Source of the DNA: an uncultured delta proteobacterium
GTDB taxonomy: Bacteria > Desulfobacterota > Binatia > Binatales > Binataceae
Length of the DNA stretch: 64,000 nt
Assembly (NCBI GenBank): GCA_963842085.1
Contig: CAWJET010000002.1
Span: 608,001 to 672,000, forward strand
Direction of reading: 5' to 3'
Made by a program: the position numbers and the translations under genes. Positions 38,861-47,533 of the stretch are shown here, one piece after another. The notes below the pieces were generated by a model. The model did no database searches. It saw nothing but the letters and a program-made list of their open reading frames with translations, and was not told the DNA's origin. Position 1 is the first letter of the stretch. Each line of letters begins with the position of its first letter.

Positions 38861-38896
38861 TGCCCCTTCGCGAGCGGGAAGGGGTTAGGGGTTGGG
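38861..38896 (-). repeat. Intergenic REP-like repeat family A, copy 2 (reverse orientation)
   Basis: tgccccttcgcgagcgggaaggggttaggggttggg is the reverse complement of cccaacccctaaccccttcccgctcgcgaaggggca. Confidence 0.7.
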
Positions 38897-38950
38897 TTTC
38901 TTCAGCACCAGCACATTGATCGCGAATCTCGGCGCTTAGTTACTCCACAA

Positions 38951-39910
38951 ATGCTTAACGAAATCCTCGCCCGACGCGTGCTGATCGTGCTCGGCAAGGG
39001 CGGGGTCGGCAAATCCACCCTGAGCGCCGCACTCGCCAAGCTCGCGGCCGCGGCGGGCGCTCGCGCGCTCATCATGGAATGCGACGCGCGCGCCCCCCTG
39101 GCCGCAGCGTTCGGCATCAAGCCGTCGTTCGCGCCCACGCAAATAGCATCGAATCTGGCGCTGATGACGCTCGACGGCCGCGCCGCGCTCGAGGAATATC
39201 TTCGCATGGTGGTGCCGGGCCGGATGCTGCTGAAGGCGGTGTTCGCCAGCCGCCTCTATCAATTTTTCGTTCAAGCCGCGCCCGGCCTGCGCGAACTTAT
39301 GATGCTGGGGAAGGTTTACTATGAAGCCGGGCGTGACGGCGCCAATCCCGCCGTCCGCAAAATGATAATCGTCGACGCGCCCGCCAGCGGCCAGGCGCTC
39401 AGTCTGCTCAAGATGCCGACGGCGGCGCGCTCCACCTTCGGCGAGAGCATCGTCGGAAAGGAAGCGAGCAACATTTCTCGTATGATCCGTGACCGGCGCA
39501 ATTGCGCAATCGTCCAGGTCACCACCGCCGACAGTCTTTCGATCTCGGAAACCAGCGAGACTCACGCGCAGTTGAGCCGCATTCATCTCACGCCGGCCGC
39601 CGTGCTGTTCAATCGCGTCCCGCGGTCCGAGTTCGACGCCGACGACATATTGGAGCTGACCAGCCGTCGCGGCCCTCATCTGCGCAAGAAAGACCTCGAG
39701 CATCTCGCCGCGCTTGCCAGGTCCGAGCTGAACCGCGCGGCCGAAGCGCGCAAGGCGATCGCGCGAATCCGCACTGAGACCGGTGGCCCGGTGCTCGAGG
39801 TCGCCGAACACGCCAGTCTCTCGGGAATCGAACTCATTGATTGCCTCGCCGCCGAGCTTGCCCGCCATCGTGAAAAGGAACCCGCCGCCCGCACGGCGCA
39901 TCCGCGCTGA
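38951..39910 (+). CDS. ArsA/Get3-related P-loop ATPase (subunit A-like)
   Basis: GKGGVGKST Walker A, APGLRELMMLGKV, IVDAPASG; lacks the DPA motif. Confidence 0.88.
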   Translation: MLNEILARRVLIVLGKGGVGKSTLSAALAKLAAAAGARALIMECDARAPLAAAFGIKPSFAPTQIASNLALMTLDGRAALEEYLRMVVPGRMLLKAVFASRLYQFFVQAAPGLRELMMLGKVYYEAGRDGANPAVRKMIIVDAPASGQALSLLKMPTAARSTFGESIVGKEASNISRMIRDRRNCAIVQVTTADSLSISETSETHAQLSRIHLTPAAVLFNRVPRSEFDADDILELTSRRGPHLRKKDLEHLAALARSELNRAAEARKAIARIRTETGGPVLEVAEHASLSGIELIDCLAAELARHREKEPAARTAHPR

Positions 39911-39971
39911 TCGTGTGTCATCGCGGCATTGGTTCAGTTTCGGATTCCGAAACGAACACCGCGAGCGTCGT

Positions 39972-40054
39972 CTGTCATCCTGACCGAAACGAGCAACGCG
40001 AGTGCAGTGGAAGGATCTCGGACAGCTTCGCGTAAGCGAAGCCGGTTCCGGTTC
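39972..40054. repeat. Intergenic repeat family B, copy 2
   Basis: ctgtcatcctgaccgaaacg…gtggaaggatctcgga…gccggttccggttc, a near reverse complement of 4523-4605. Confidence 0.8.
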
Positions 40055-40404
40055 CGAGTCTCCGCATCCAATCTTGTTTTCAATCCGCACGCTGTGGGGG
40101 GATGAACTGTTCAGCCTGACCCCGGCGGATTTGGCGTGCTACGTATGTGGTATGGACTACCGTCACGATGTCCCATACTCGCCTGTCCCGCTCAAAATCG
40201 GGCGACACCCGCTTCCTGCTGAAGCAATTTTTGACGGAACGAACCCACCGATGGGGGTGACACCGTCCCAAGAACACTACGGATGGTATGAAATCGCCTA
40301 TTTCGGCTGCATCCCGATCCGTCAGAATCCTGCCGAAACCGAACTGGTACCGTCATTCGAACCGCGGCTGGAATCCCGATGCCTCGACAACTAACCTTGT
40401 GACG

Positions 40405-42336
40405 ATGCCGGACAACGAGACCGAAAAAAAGCTTCGCGCGCCTCGCGAGCCGTGGATCATCCGCACCTACGCGGGTTTCGGCGATGCGCGCCAGGCTAAC
40501 GAGCGCTTCCTCGCAAATCTGAAGCAGGGCCAGCGCGGACTTTCGATCGCCTTCGATTTGCCGACCCAAAACGGCTACGACCCCGACGCCCCGGTCGCAC
40601 GCGGCGAGGTGGGCGAAGCAGGCGTCTCGATTTGCCACTGGGATGACATGGAGCGGTTGTTCGAGGGAATCCCGCTTCAGTCGATCAACACCTCGATGAC
40701 GATCAACGCGACCGCGCCGTTCATCCTGGCGCTCTACCTGGTCGTCGCGGAAAAGCACGGCGTGCCCTGGACCGAGTTGCGCGGCACGACGCAGAACGAT
40801 CTGCTCAAGGAATTCGTCGCGCGCGGCACGTCGATTTTTCACCCGGAGCTTTCGTTCCGCCTTTCCACCGACCTGATTCGGTTCACCGTCGAGCGCGTGC
40901 CCAACTGGAATCCGATCAACTGCTGCGGCTACCACTACATGGAGAGCGGCGCCGGTCCGGCCGAGGAAATAGGCTACGCGTTTGGCAACGCGCTGCTGAT
41001 TCTCGACGCGATCCGTCCCAGGCTCGACGCGGCGGCCTTCGAGCAGACCGTCCGCCGCATTTCGTTCTTCATCAACAGCGGCATCGAGCTGGTCCCGGAG
41101 ATTTGCAAGATTCGCGCGTACTTCAAGCTCTGGCGCGAGCTCTGTGCCACCGAATACGGTGTCGAGAACGTCGCCTTCCGCGCCGGATGCCAGGTGCGCT
41201 CGCTCACCCTCACCGAGCCGCAGCCCGAAGTGAACATCATTCGCATCGCGTATGAGGCGCTGCCGGTCGTCATCTCGGCCGACGCACGCGTCAACGCGCT
41301 CCAGTTGCCCGGCTTTCGCGAGGCGCTCGCCCTGCCCGACCAGGCCGAGCAGACCCTCAGCCTGCGCACGCAGCAGGTTCTCATGCACGAGACCGGGCTG
41401 GCAGCCTACGGCGACATTTTTGAAGGCAGCAAAGTTATCGAGCAGCTTACCGCCGAGACCGCGGCGCGCGCGCGCGAAATCGCAATCCGCTTGCGCCAGG
41501 CCGGCTATTCGCGCGCAATTTCAATCGTCAGCGGCGAACTGACGCGCCAGCTTGCGGAACGTCACCGGAAAGTCAAGTCGGGCGAGATCGTGCAAATCGG
41601 CGTTAACGCCTTCACCGGCGAAGTCGGGCTCACGTCGCCGCCGCATCGGAACTCGAATCACGCGGCGCAGGCGCTCAACGAAAAGCAGCGCATCGAGTCG
41701 ATTACAAAATGGCGCGCCGCGCGCGACCAGGCTGCCGTGTCGAAAGCGCGCGCGGCGCTCGAACGCGCCGGCGCGGATAACGGCGGCAGCGGACTCATCG
41801 AAGCGACCATCGGTCTCGCCCGCGCCGGCGGAACCGTCGGCGAATGGACCGACTCGCTCGTGCGCGTCGGCCGCGGCCGTTATACGCCGCCGATTCTCGA
41901 AACCGGCGTGAGCGTCGGCGCGCTCAAGGTGCCGCTCGCCAGGCGGAAAATTCGCATCGCGCTTGGCAAGGCTGGCCTCGACGGACACGTCAACGCGATC
42001 AAGCTGCTCGCGCACGCCTGCATGCAGGCCGGGATGGAGGTAGTCCTCGCGGGATTCAAGCAGACGCCCGAGCAGCTGGTTGCAACGGCGCTCGAGGAAG
42101 ACGTCGACGTGCTCGCGATCTCCAGCCTCGCTGGCGCCCACATGTCGATCGCGCGCGAGACAATCGATCTTTTGAAAAGCCGCGGCGCCGGCGACGTGGC
42201 TCTCGTGATGGGCGGTATAATCCCGGAAGCCGACCGCCGAGCGCTGACTGAGCTTGGCGTCAAAGCGGTCTTCACGCCCAAGGACTCCAACCTCGGCGAG
42301 ATCGTCGGCCGCATTATCGCGATCGCAAGCCGGTGA
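40405..42336 (+). CDS. Cobalamin-dependent acyl-CoA mutase, ethylmalonyl-CoA mutase (Ecm/MeaA)-like, with fused B12-binding domain
   Basis: PWIIRTYAG, AFDLPTQ.GYD, TSMTINATA, RGTTQNDLLKE, GYH; C-terminal GLDGH…ISSLAGAH…MGGIIP. Confidence 0.85.
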   Translation: MPDNETEKKLRAPREPWIIRTYAGFGDARQANERFLANLKQGQRGLSIAFDLPTQNGYDPDAPVARGEVGEAGVSICHWDDMERLFEGIPLQSINTSMTINATAPFILALYLVVAEKHGVPWTELRGTTQNDLLKEFVARGTSIFHPELSFRLSTDLIRFTVERVPNWNPINCCGYHYMESGAGPAEEIGYAFGNALLILDAIRPRLDAAAFEQTVRRISFFINSGIELVPEICKIRAYFKLWRELCATEYGVENVAFRAGCQVRSLTLTEPQPEVNIIRIAYEALPVVISADARVNALQLPGFREALALPDQAEQTLSLRTQQVLMHETGLAAYGDIFEGSKVIEQLTAETAARAREIAIRLRQAGYSRAISIVSGELTRQLAERHRKVKSGEIVQIGVNAFTGEVGLTSPPHRNSNHAAQALNEKQRIESITKWRAARDQAAVSKARAALERAGADNGGSGLIEATIGLARAGGTVGEWTDSLVRVGRGRYTPPILETGVSVGALKVPLARRKIRIALGKAGLDGHVNAIKLLAHACMQAGMEVVLAGFKQTPEQLVATALEEDVDVLAISSLAGAHMSIARETIDLLKSRGAGDVALVMGGIIPEADRRALTELGVKAVFTPKDSNLGEIVGRIIAIASR

Positions 42337-42341
42337 GGGAC

Positions 42342-42821
42342 ATGATCATTTTGAAAATTGGACGATACTTCTCGATTGCCGCCGCGCTGACGATGCTGCT
42401 CGCGAGCCCTGCGCTCGCCGATGAGGGACGGCCGTGGCTATGCCGCGACAAGCCGGTGTTCTCTTCCGATCGCGCGATGGAATACCAGGTGACCGCGCTC
42501 CCCGGCCGGCAATGGCGAATTTTCTTCATGCAGTACTCGCCCGACGCGGCGCACGACGGATTCGATATCGTCAACTCGCGCGAAGTAACGTCGCGCGGCG
42601 AGGCAGTTTCGGGAAATCTGGCGGCGGGCAGATATTTCGCGGTTGCTCTGTACCGCGAAGGCAGCCACTGGATCTGTCCGGGTTACACTCACGACGACCG
42701 CGATCCGAAACTCGGCGAAGTGAGCAATCTATGCTACGGCCAGGACGGCCCGCCGTGCCTGGTCAAGTTACAGGTGAAGCCGGACCACCATCTCGCGACG
42801 CCCGGCGCGCCTTCGCCCTGA
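42342..42821 (+). CDS. Hypothetical secreted protein
   Basis: Signal peptide ending ASPALA; four Cys in the mature part. Confidence 0.7.
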   Translation: MIILKIGRYFSIAAALTMLLASPALADEGRPWLCRDKPVFSSDRAMEYQVTALPGRQWRIFFMQYSPDAAHDGFDIVNSREVTSRGEAVSGNLAAGRYFAVALYREGSHWICPGYTHDDRDPKLGEVSNLCYGQDGPPCLVKLQVKPDHHLATPGAPSP

Positions 42822-42826
42822 TTGCG

Positions 42827-43723
42827 ATGAAATTTCACAGTGGCGAAATTGCGGTTCAGGAACGGGCCGGCGTCCGCGACATCACCGAGGACGTCGGTGA
42901 AGGCATCGTCGATCACCTTCCTCCGGGCGCGAGCGAGTTTCTCGAGCGCCGACAAATGGCGGTGCTCGGCACCATCGACAGTCGCGTAAGCGTCTGGGCC
43001 TCCGTCGTCACGGGCCGGCCCGGGTTTATCGAGACAGTTGACGATCGCACGCTCAGAATCGCGACGCGCGCGTCGTCCAGCGATCCGTTATTCCGCAATC
43101 TCGGAACCGAGGGCCATACCGCGCTGTTCGCGCCGGACTTCGTGGCCGCGCGCCGGGTACGAGTCAACGGCCGTGGCGTCATCAAGGATGGCGCAATCTT
43201 CATCAAGACCGACGAGGTTTACGGAAACTGCCGGCGCTACCTGCAAGAGCGGATATTCGTCGGCGTCCGGCAAACTACTGAGGATCAACCGGCCAGGATC
43301 GCCACCACGCTATCAGCATCGGAGCAACAGCAGATCTCCAGCGCCGGCACATTTTTCATCGCGACGGACAATCCCGAGCACGGCGCCGACGTGTCGCACA
43401 AGGGCGGCAACCCTGGCTTTGTGCGGGTAGTAGATCCCAGGCGGATTGCTTTCCCCGACTACAACGGCAACAGCATGTTCAACACGCTGGGCAATCTCAC
43501 GGTCAATCCGCACGCCGGAATGCTGTTCATCGATTTCGATACCGGCCGCACGCTCCAACTCAGCGGTCACGCGTCGATCGACTGGAGTCCCGAACGCATG
43601 CGCACGTTTGCGGGCGCCGAACGCGTCGTCGACTTCGAGCTCGAGCAAGTCATCGACAACGCCGCCGGCTTCCCGTTGATCGCGAAGTTCCGCCAATTCT
43701 CGCGCAACAACCCAAAGCTCTGA
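42827..43723 (+). CDS. Pyridoxamine 5'-phosphate oxidase-related FMN-binding protein (two domains)
   Basis: FHSGEIAVQ, VWASVVTGRPGF, RRVRVNG, DVSHKGGNPGFV, PDYNGNSMFNTLGN. Confidence 0.88.
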   Translation: MKFHSGEIAVQERAGVRDITEDVGEGIVDHLPPGASEFLERRQMAVLGTIDSRVSVWASVVTGRPGFIETVDDRTLRIATRASSSDPLFRNLGTEGHTALFAPDFVAARRVRVNGRGVIKDGAIFIKTDEVYGNCRRYLQERIFVGVRQTTEDQPARIATTLSASEQQQISSAGTFFIATDNPEHGADVSHKGGNPGFVRVVDPRRIAFPDYNGNSMFNTLGNLTVNPHAGMLFIDFDTGRTLQLSGHASIDWSPERMRTFAGAERVVDFELEQVIDNAAGFPLIAKFRQFSRNNPKL

Positions 43724-43761
43724 GACGCCGATCGACGCGGAATGTGAAAGCGCGGAAGCGA

Positions 43762-43787
43762 CGGGAGGGGAATCGTACCCCCTCCCG
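43762..43787. terminator. Hairpin between convergent genes, candidate bidirectional terminator
   Basis: cgggagggg-N8-cccctcccg 9-bp stem; no clear U-tract. Confidence 0.45.
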
Positions 43788-43797
43788 CGATATTCAA

Positions 43798-44115
43798 TCA
43801 GCCGAGCGGGATTTCGGAGTAGACCGCGGATGAAACAAGGTCGGCGGTGGGCTTGTCGGTCGAGTTGACCTCCGCCATCAGCTTTTGCCAGTCCTTGTCG
43901 GTCTCGAGCTTGGTGCTGAGTTCGCCGTGCACCTTCCAGTTCGGTGTCTCGATTACGTAGATGAAGGCGTTTGGAGTTGCGCCCGCGACCGCGCTGAGCG
44001 TGCGCGTGGTGGCGCCCAATCCCTTTAGAATTTTGTCCGCCCGCTTCGCGATAGCGATAAACTGCTCGACGGCGCCCGGACGCGGAGCCCAGGTAAAGAC
44101 TTGTGCGATAGCCAT
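43798..44115 (-). CDS. Small dimeric alpha+beta barrel (NIPSNAP-like) protein, paralog 1
   Basis: PRPGAVEQF…ETPNWKVHG…ETDKDWQ; 105 aa; RBS caggag. Confidence 0.7.
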   Translation of the reverse strand: MAIAQVFTWAPRPGAVEQFIAIAKRADKILKGLGATTRTLSAVAGATPNAFIYVIETPNWKVHGELSTKLETDKDWQKLMAEVNSTDKPTADLVSSAVYSEIPLG

Positions 44116-44162
44116 AGTTTTCTCCTGATGCGTGATGAGGTTTCTTCGTTCGGCGATTCCGC

Positions 44163-44480
44163 CTAGCTCGGCAGTTCCACGTTGAGTCCGGTCGCGACTC
44201 TTTCGGCGTTCGGCGACTTGGCGGAGTTGATCTCGGCGATGAATGCCTGCCAGTCCTTGTCGGTCTCCATCTTTGCCATGTAGTTGCCGTACTCCTTCCA
44301 GTCGCTGTGTTCGACCACCACGGCGATCGCACCCGCATTTGGGCCCGAGACCTCGTTATACGCGCGCAGTGTCCCTCCCACGCGCTTGATGATTTTTTGG
44401 GCTCTCGCGATGTCGCGCATCAGCGCTTCGAGACGACCCGGTTGCGGTTTGAGAAACAACACGCTTGATACCGTTGCCAT
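44163..44480 (-). CDS. Small dimeric alpha+beta barrel (NIPSNAP-like) protein, paralog 2
   Basis: PQPGRLEAL…EHSDWKEYG…ETDKDWQ; 105 aa; RBS aggagg. Confidence 0.7.
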   Translation of the reverse strand: MATVSSVLFLKPQPGRLEALMRDIARAQKIIKRVGGTLRAYNEVSGPNAGAIAVVVEHSDWKEYGNYMAKMETDKDWQAFIAEINSAKSPNAERVATGLNVELPS

Positions 44481-44682
44481 AGTGAGCCTCCTGCCGTTAC
44501 GTAACTGTTGACAATCGCGATGGAGCAGTCGCGAGAGAAATCGTCTCGCAAACCGCGTCCACCCCTGTTCGGCAAATCGCTGGTTCCGAGAGAATCAGTA
44601 AAGCTGGCCGAAGAATCGGAGAGATACGCCGTTGCCAGCATCGCGTCAAGCGGGCGATTTTCGCGCGGGCTAGCGAAAGTCT

Positions 44683-44758
44683 TGGAGGCGGCGATCGGAT
44701 TCGAACCGATGCATGGAGGTTTTGCAGACCTCTCCCTTAACCACTTGGGTACGCCGCC
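44683..44758 (-). tRNA. tRNA-Cys(GCA)
   Basis: GGCGGCGTACCCAAGTGG…GAGGTCTGCAAAACCTC…GGTTCGAATCC…CGCCGCCTCCA; CCA encoded. Confidence 0.96.
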
Positions 44759-44977
44759 CCGCGCTCTGTCGTAGTCGCGACCGGACCCGATCAACTATCA
44801 CGCGCGCGAAAGTGCATCAATTGAGCATCCGCGGACGAATGCTGTCGCGTACCACTTCGCATTCCAGTACGAGTTCTTCAGCGCGCCATTCTTTGTAACG
44901 TTGCTTGTGCGGCGCCATTACGGCTCGATGGCGCGAGGAGGAGTGACGCTATGAGAATGAAGTTCGGTGCGCTCGCC

Positions 44978-45565
44978 TTAAAAGTGCTCGAACGGCGGGG
45001 GTTGGTTGGTCAGGGCGTTAGGATTCACGACAGGTATGCGGGCGGCGGAAGAGGCTACCGCGGTTGCATTCGCTGCATTACTCGTTGACTCGCCGACCCC
45101 GGCGACGGGCGACGAGGCCGCCTGGCTGCTGCTTATGGAAACAGGAGGAGGAGGCAAAGCCTCGGCTATCTCACCTTCTTCAACAGGAATCCTTCTAATT
45201 ACGTCGGCTGCGTCGTACGCGTGGATATCAGACTCCGGTTTGTTGCCTTTGAACATTTTGATCGTCGTGCTGGCGCTAAACTCGTCATTCACCTTCGCGC
45301 CGCTACCAGGATTCCCTTCGCCGCCTACCAGCACAAAGTAGTTGTACCCGTTGTGTAGAGTTACCTCTGCGCACCTCCTGAGTAGGTAGGAATGAAGCGT
45401 CTCTGATGAATTAAACCGATTGCCACGGAAAGAAACTTGCGCGGTGTTGTTGTCCAGCCGCTGATCAGAGTATCCCCCTGCGATGCCGTCGGGCTGGTAT
45501 GCGGTGGCACAACTGGTCAGCACGCAAGCAAGTGACAAAGCGATCAACGTGGTATGTACTCTCAT
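44978..45565 (-). CDS. Lipoprotein, CC0125/CC1285-like
   Basis: Lipobox LTSC; GGYSD…VSFRGN…LLRRCAEVTL..GY.YF; visibly lower GC than the flanks. Confidence 0.75.
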   Translation of the reverse strand: MRVHTTLIALSLACVLTSCATAYQPDGIAGGYSDQRLDNNTAQVSFRGNRFNSSETLHSYLLRRCAEVTLHNGYNYFVLVGGEGNPGSGAKVNDEFSASTTIKMFKGNKPESDIHAYDAADVIRRIPVEEGEIAEALPPPPVSISSSQAASSPVAGVGESTSNAANATAVASSAARIPVVNPNALTNQPPPFEHF

Positions 45566-45652
45566 TGGCGCCCCCTTCCCCTACAAATTGGTATAGCTAA
45601 TATACCCTGAGTATGGTCACCAACCAAGGCGCGCTCTGCGAGGTAATTAATG

Positions 45653-46354
45653 TCAGCCGCTTCGTAGTGACAGGCTCATTTGACCGGCGGGCTGCAGTAG
45701 TTCCGGCGAATCGTTATCTACGTTGTTGACGTCGGGCGAGACTGGAGTTGCTAGCAGCAAGTCGGCGGGCGCAGAAACCAGCAGTCGCTTGAGCGCGTGC
45801 GGATCCGGGGCGCGCGGGTCCATCCAATCGTCGGCGTCGCGGTCTGCCAGTATCACCGGCATCCGATCATGATACGAGGCGAGCAGCGCGTTGGCTGCCG
45901 TAGTCAGAATCGTAAACGTCGTCTCCCATACGCCGCGCTCTTTCTGCCATGCCTCGTAAAGGCCGGCGAGCAGTAACAACCGCATATCGTCACGATGGAA
46001 CCACGTCGGCTGCCGCGCGGCCTTCGGCCCCGTCCATTCGAAGAATCCGTCCGCCGGCACGACGCATCGCCGCTTCTGGAACGCATCGCGAAATGCGCTC
46101 CGCGTATCGACCGTCTCGGACCGCGCGTTGATCGTCTTGGCCGCCATGCCCGCGTCCTTCGAGCCGCTCTTGACGAGGCCCCAGGTGGCGGGAATCATCT
46201 CGCGATTTTCGTATTTGATCCTGACTATGAAATGCTGCTGCGTCGGCGCGACATTGTAGCGCGGCCGATAATCGACGAACGAGTCCACCGGGACGCCTAG
46301 CTCCGCCGCCAGCGAATTGGCGTCGCGGCGCGTGATTGTGAATCGTCCGCACAT
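45653..46354 (-). CDS. SOS response-associated peptidase (SRAP/YedK family)
   Basis: N-terminal MCGRF, RYNVAPTQ, INARSET, PADGFFEW, HDRMPVIL. Confidence 0.95.
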   Translation of the reverse strand: MCGRFTITRRDANSLAAELGVPVDSFVDYRPRYNVAPTQQHFIVRIKYENREMIPATWGLVKSGSKDAGMAAKTINARSETVDTRSAFRDAFQKRRCVVPADGFFEWTGPKAARQPTWFHRDDMRLLLLAGLYEAWQKERGVWETTFTILTTAANALLASYHDRMPVILADRDADDWMDPRAPDPHALKRLLVSAPADLLLATPVSPDVNNVDNDSPELLQPAGQMSLSLRSG

Positions 46355-46363
46355 CCCCGGAAG

Positions 46364-46930
46364 CTACTGTCGCGCGTTATCGGCCGGCGCCGCGAATGCG
46401 CGCTGGAACGATGGTCTCGCGAGCAGGCGCTTTGCGTAGGCATCCAGCGACGGGAAGTCGTTCAGCAGACGGTGCCGCGCGTCGAGCCATATCACGCCCG
46501 AGCCGATCATCACGTCCGCTGCGGTGATCTGCCTGCCCACGATAAATTCCCGGTCCGTGAGCGCGCGATCGAGAACCAGAAAACATTCCTTAATCCTCTC
46601 GCGGTCGAGCGCATACGCCTCGAGTGCCGCCATCGAATAGAACATCCACTGGTAGTACATTCCGCGCTCGACGGTCCCGAGCACCGGCGCCATCCGCTTG
46701 TCCGGGAACTTGTCCGCAAGGTACGCGCAAATGGCAGCCGACTCGAACATCGTGAGCGTTCCGTCCTGCAACGCCGGCAGTTGGCCGTGCGGATGAATTT
46801 TTCGATATTCGGGGCCCTTGTGCTCGCCGCCTTTGAAATCAATCAGCACTATCTCGTAGGGGACCGCGAGTTCTTCGAGCATTATCAGCGGCCTGAGCGC
46901 CCTGGTCTGCGGTGCGAAATACAGCTTCAT
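46364..46930 (-). CDS. Glutathione S-transferase family protein
   Basis: MLEEL..PY, HPHGQLPAL, FESAAICAYL, ITAADV. Confidence 0.92.
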   Translation of the reverse strand: MKLYFAPQTRALRPLIMLEELAVPYEIVLIDFKGGEHKGPEYRKIHPHGQLPALQDGTLTMFESAAICAYLADKFPDKRMAPVLGTVERGMYYQWMFYSMAALEAYALDRERIKECFLVLDRALTDREFIVGRQITAADVMIGSGVIWLDARHRLLNDFPSLDAYAKRLLARPSFQRAFAAPADNARQ

Positions 46931-47037
46931 CGCCGTCTACCTTCTTGCGGATCTGGTTACGACAGTTGCCCAGCCGAGAAATTCCCTACCCGGATTTATA
47001 CCGCCGCGAGCGACCTCGCGGCCAGTAAATAGTTCGC

Positions 47038-47420
47038 TCAGCCGGCCGGAAACACCAGCCGAACCGAGTGCCACGCGACCATCAGATTTTCATCGGTGGG
47101 GACGACCCGCACGCGGCATCGGCTGTCGGCGGCGCTGATCGTGTCCTCGTTGGCGTCGTTGCATCGCGGATCGAGCGCAAGCCCCAGGTGCGTCAGCCCC
47201 GCGCAGACTTCCTCGCGTACCGCGGCGGCGTGCTTGCCGATCCCGCCGGTGAAGACGAGCAGGTCCAACCCGCGAGCACCGCATCCGCGTGGGTCGCCCG
47301 CGTGTCCAACAATGTCTTCACATGGCAGCTGAGTCCTGACACTCCGAGCAAGCCGGACTTCTCATTCACGAGTTGATCGCGTCGCGCGGCGTCGTAACCC
47401 TTCTCTTCGACCAGGTAGCA
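47038..47420 (-). pseudogene. ackA: Acetate kinase C-terminal remnant (frameshifted and deleted)
   Basis: LVNEKSGLLGVSGLS in one frame and LLVFTGGIG…VRVVPTDENLM in another; N-terminal part missing. Confidence 0.8.
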
Positions 47421-47533
47421 GCAACCACCACCACCGATTCGGCGCCGCCGGAAACCGAGTACAGCGCGAACTTGCACACGACGAACCGACATTGATGCAG
47501 ACGACAGTGTGGCGACCCGGCAAGCCTGGCACC

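Noticed and set aside
38951-39910. Arsenic-resistance operon
   Set aside because: No arsR, arsB, acr3, arsC or arsD nearby; single-domain proteins with motif patterns of the Get3/BagAB-like group
44683-44712. Similarity between the 3' halves of tRNA-Cys and tRNA-Gly as a possible att duplication
   Set aside because: Both are complete tRNAs and the similarity is the generic T-arm consensus
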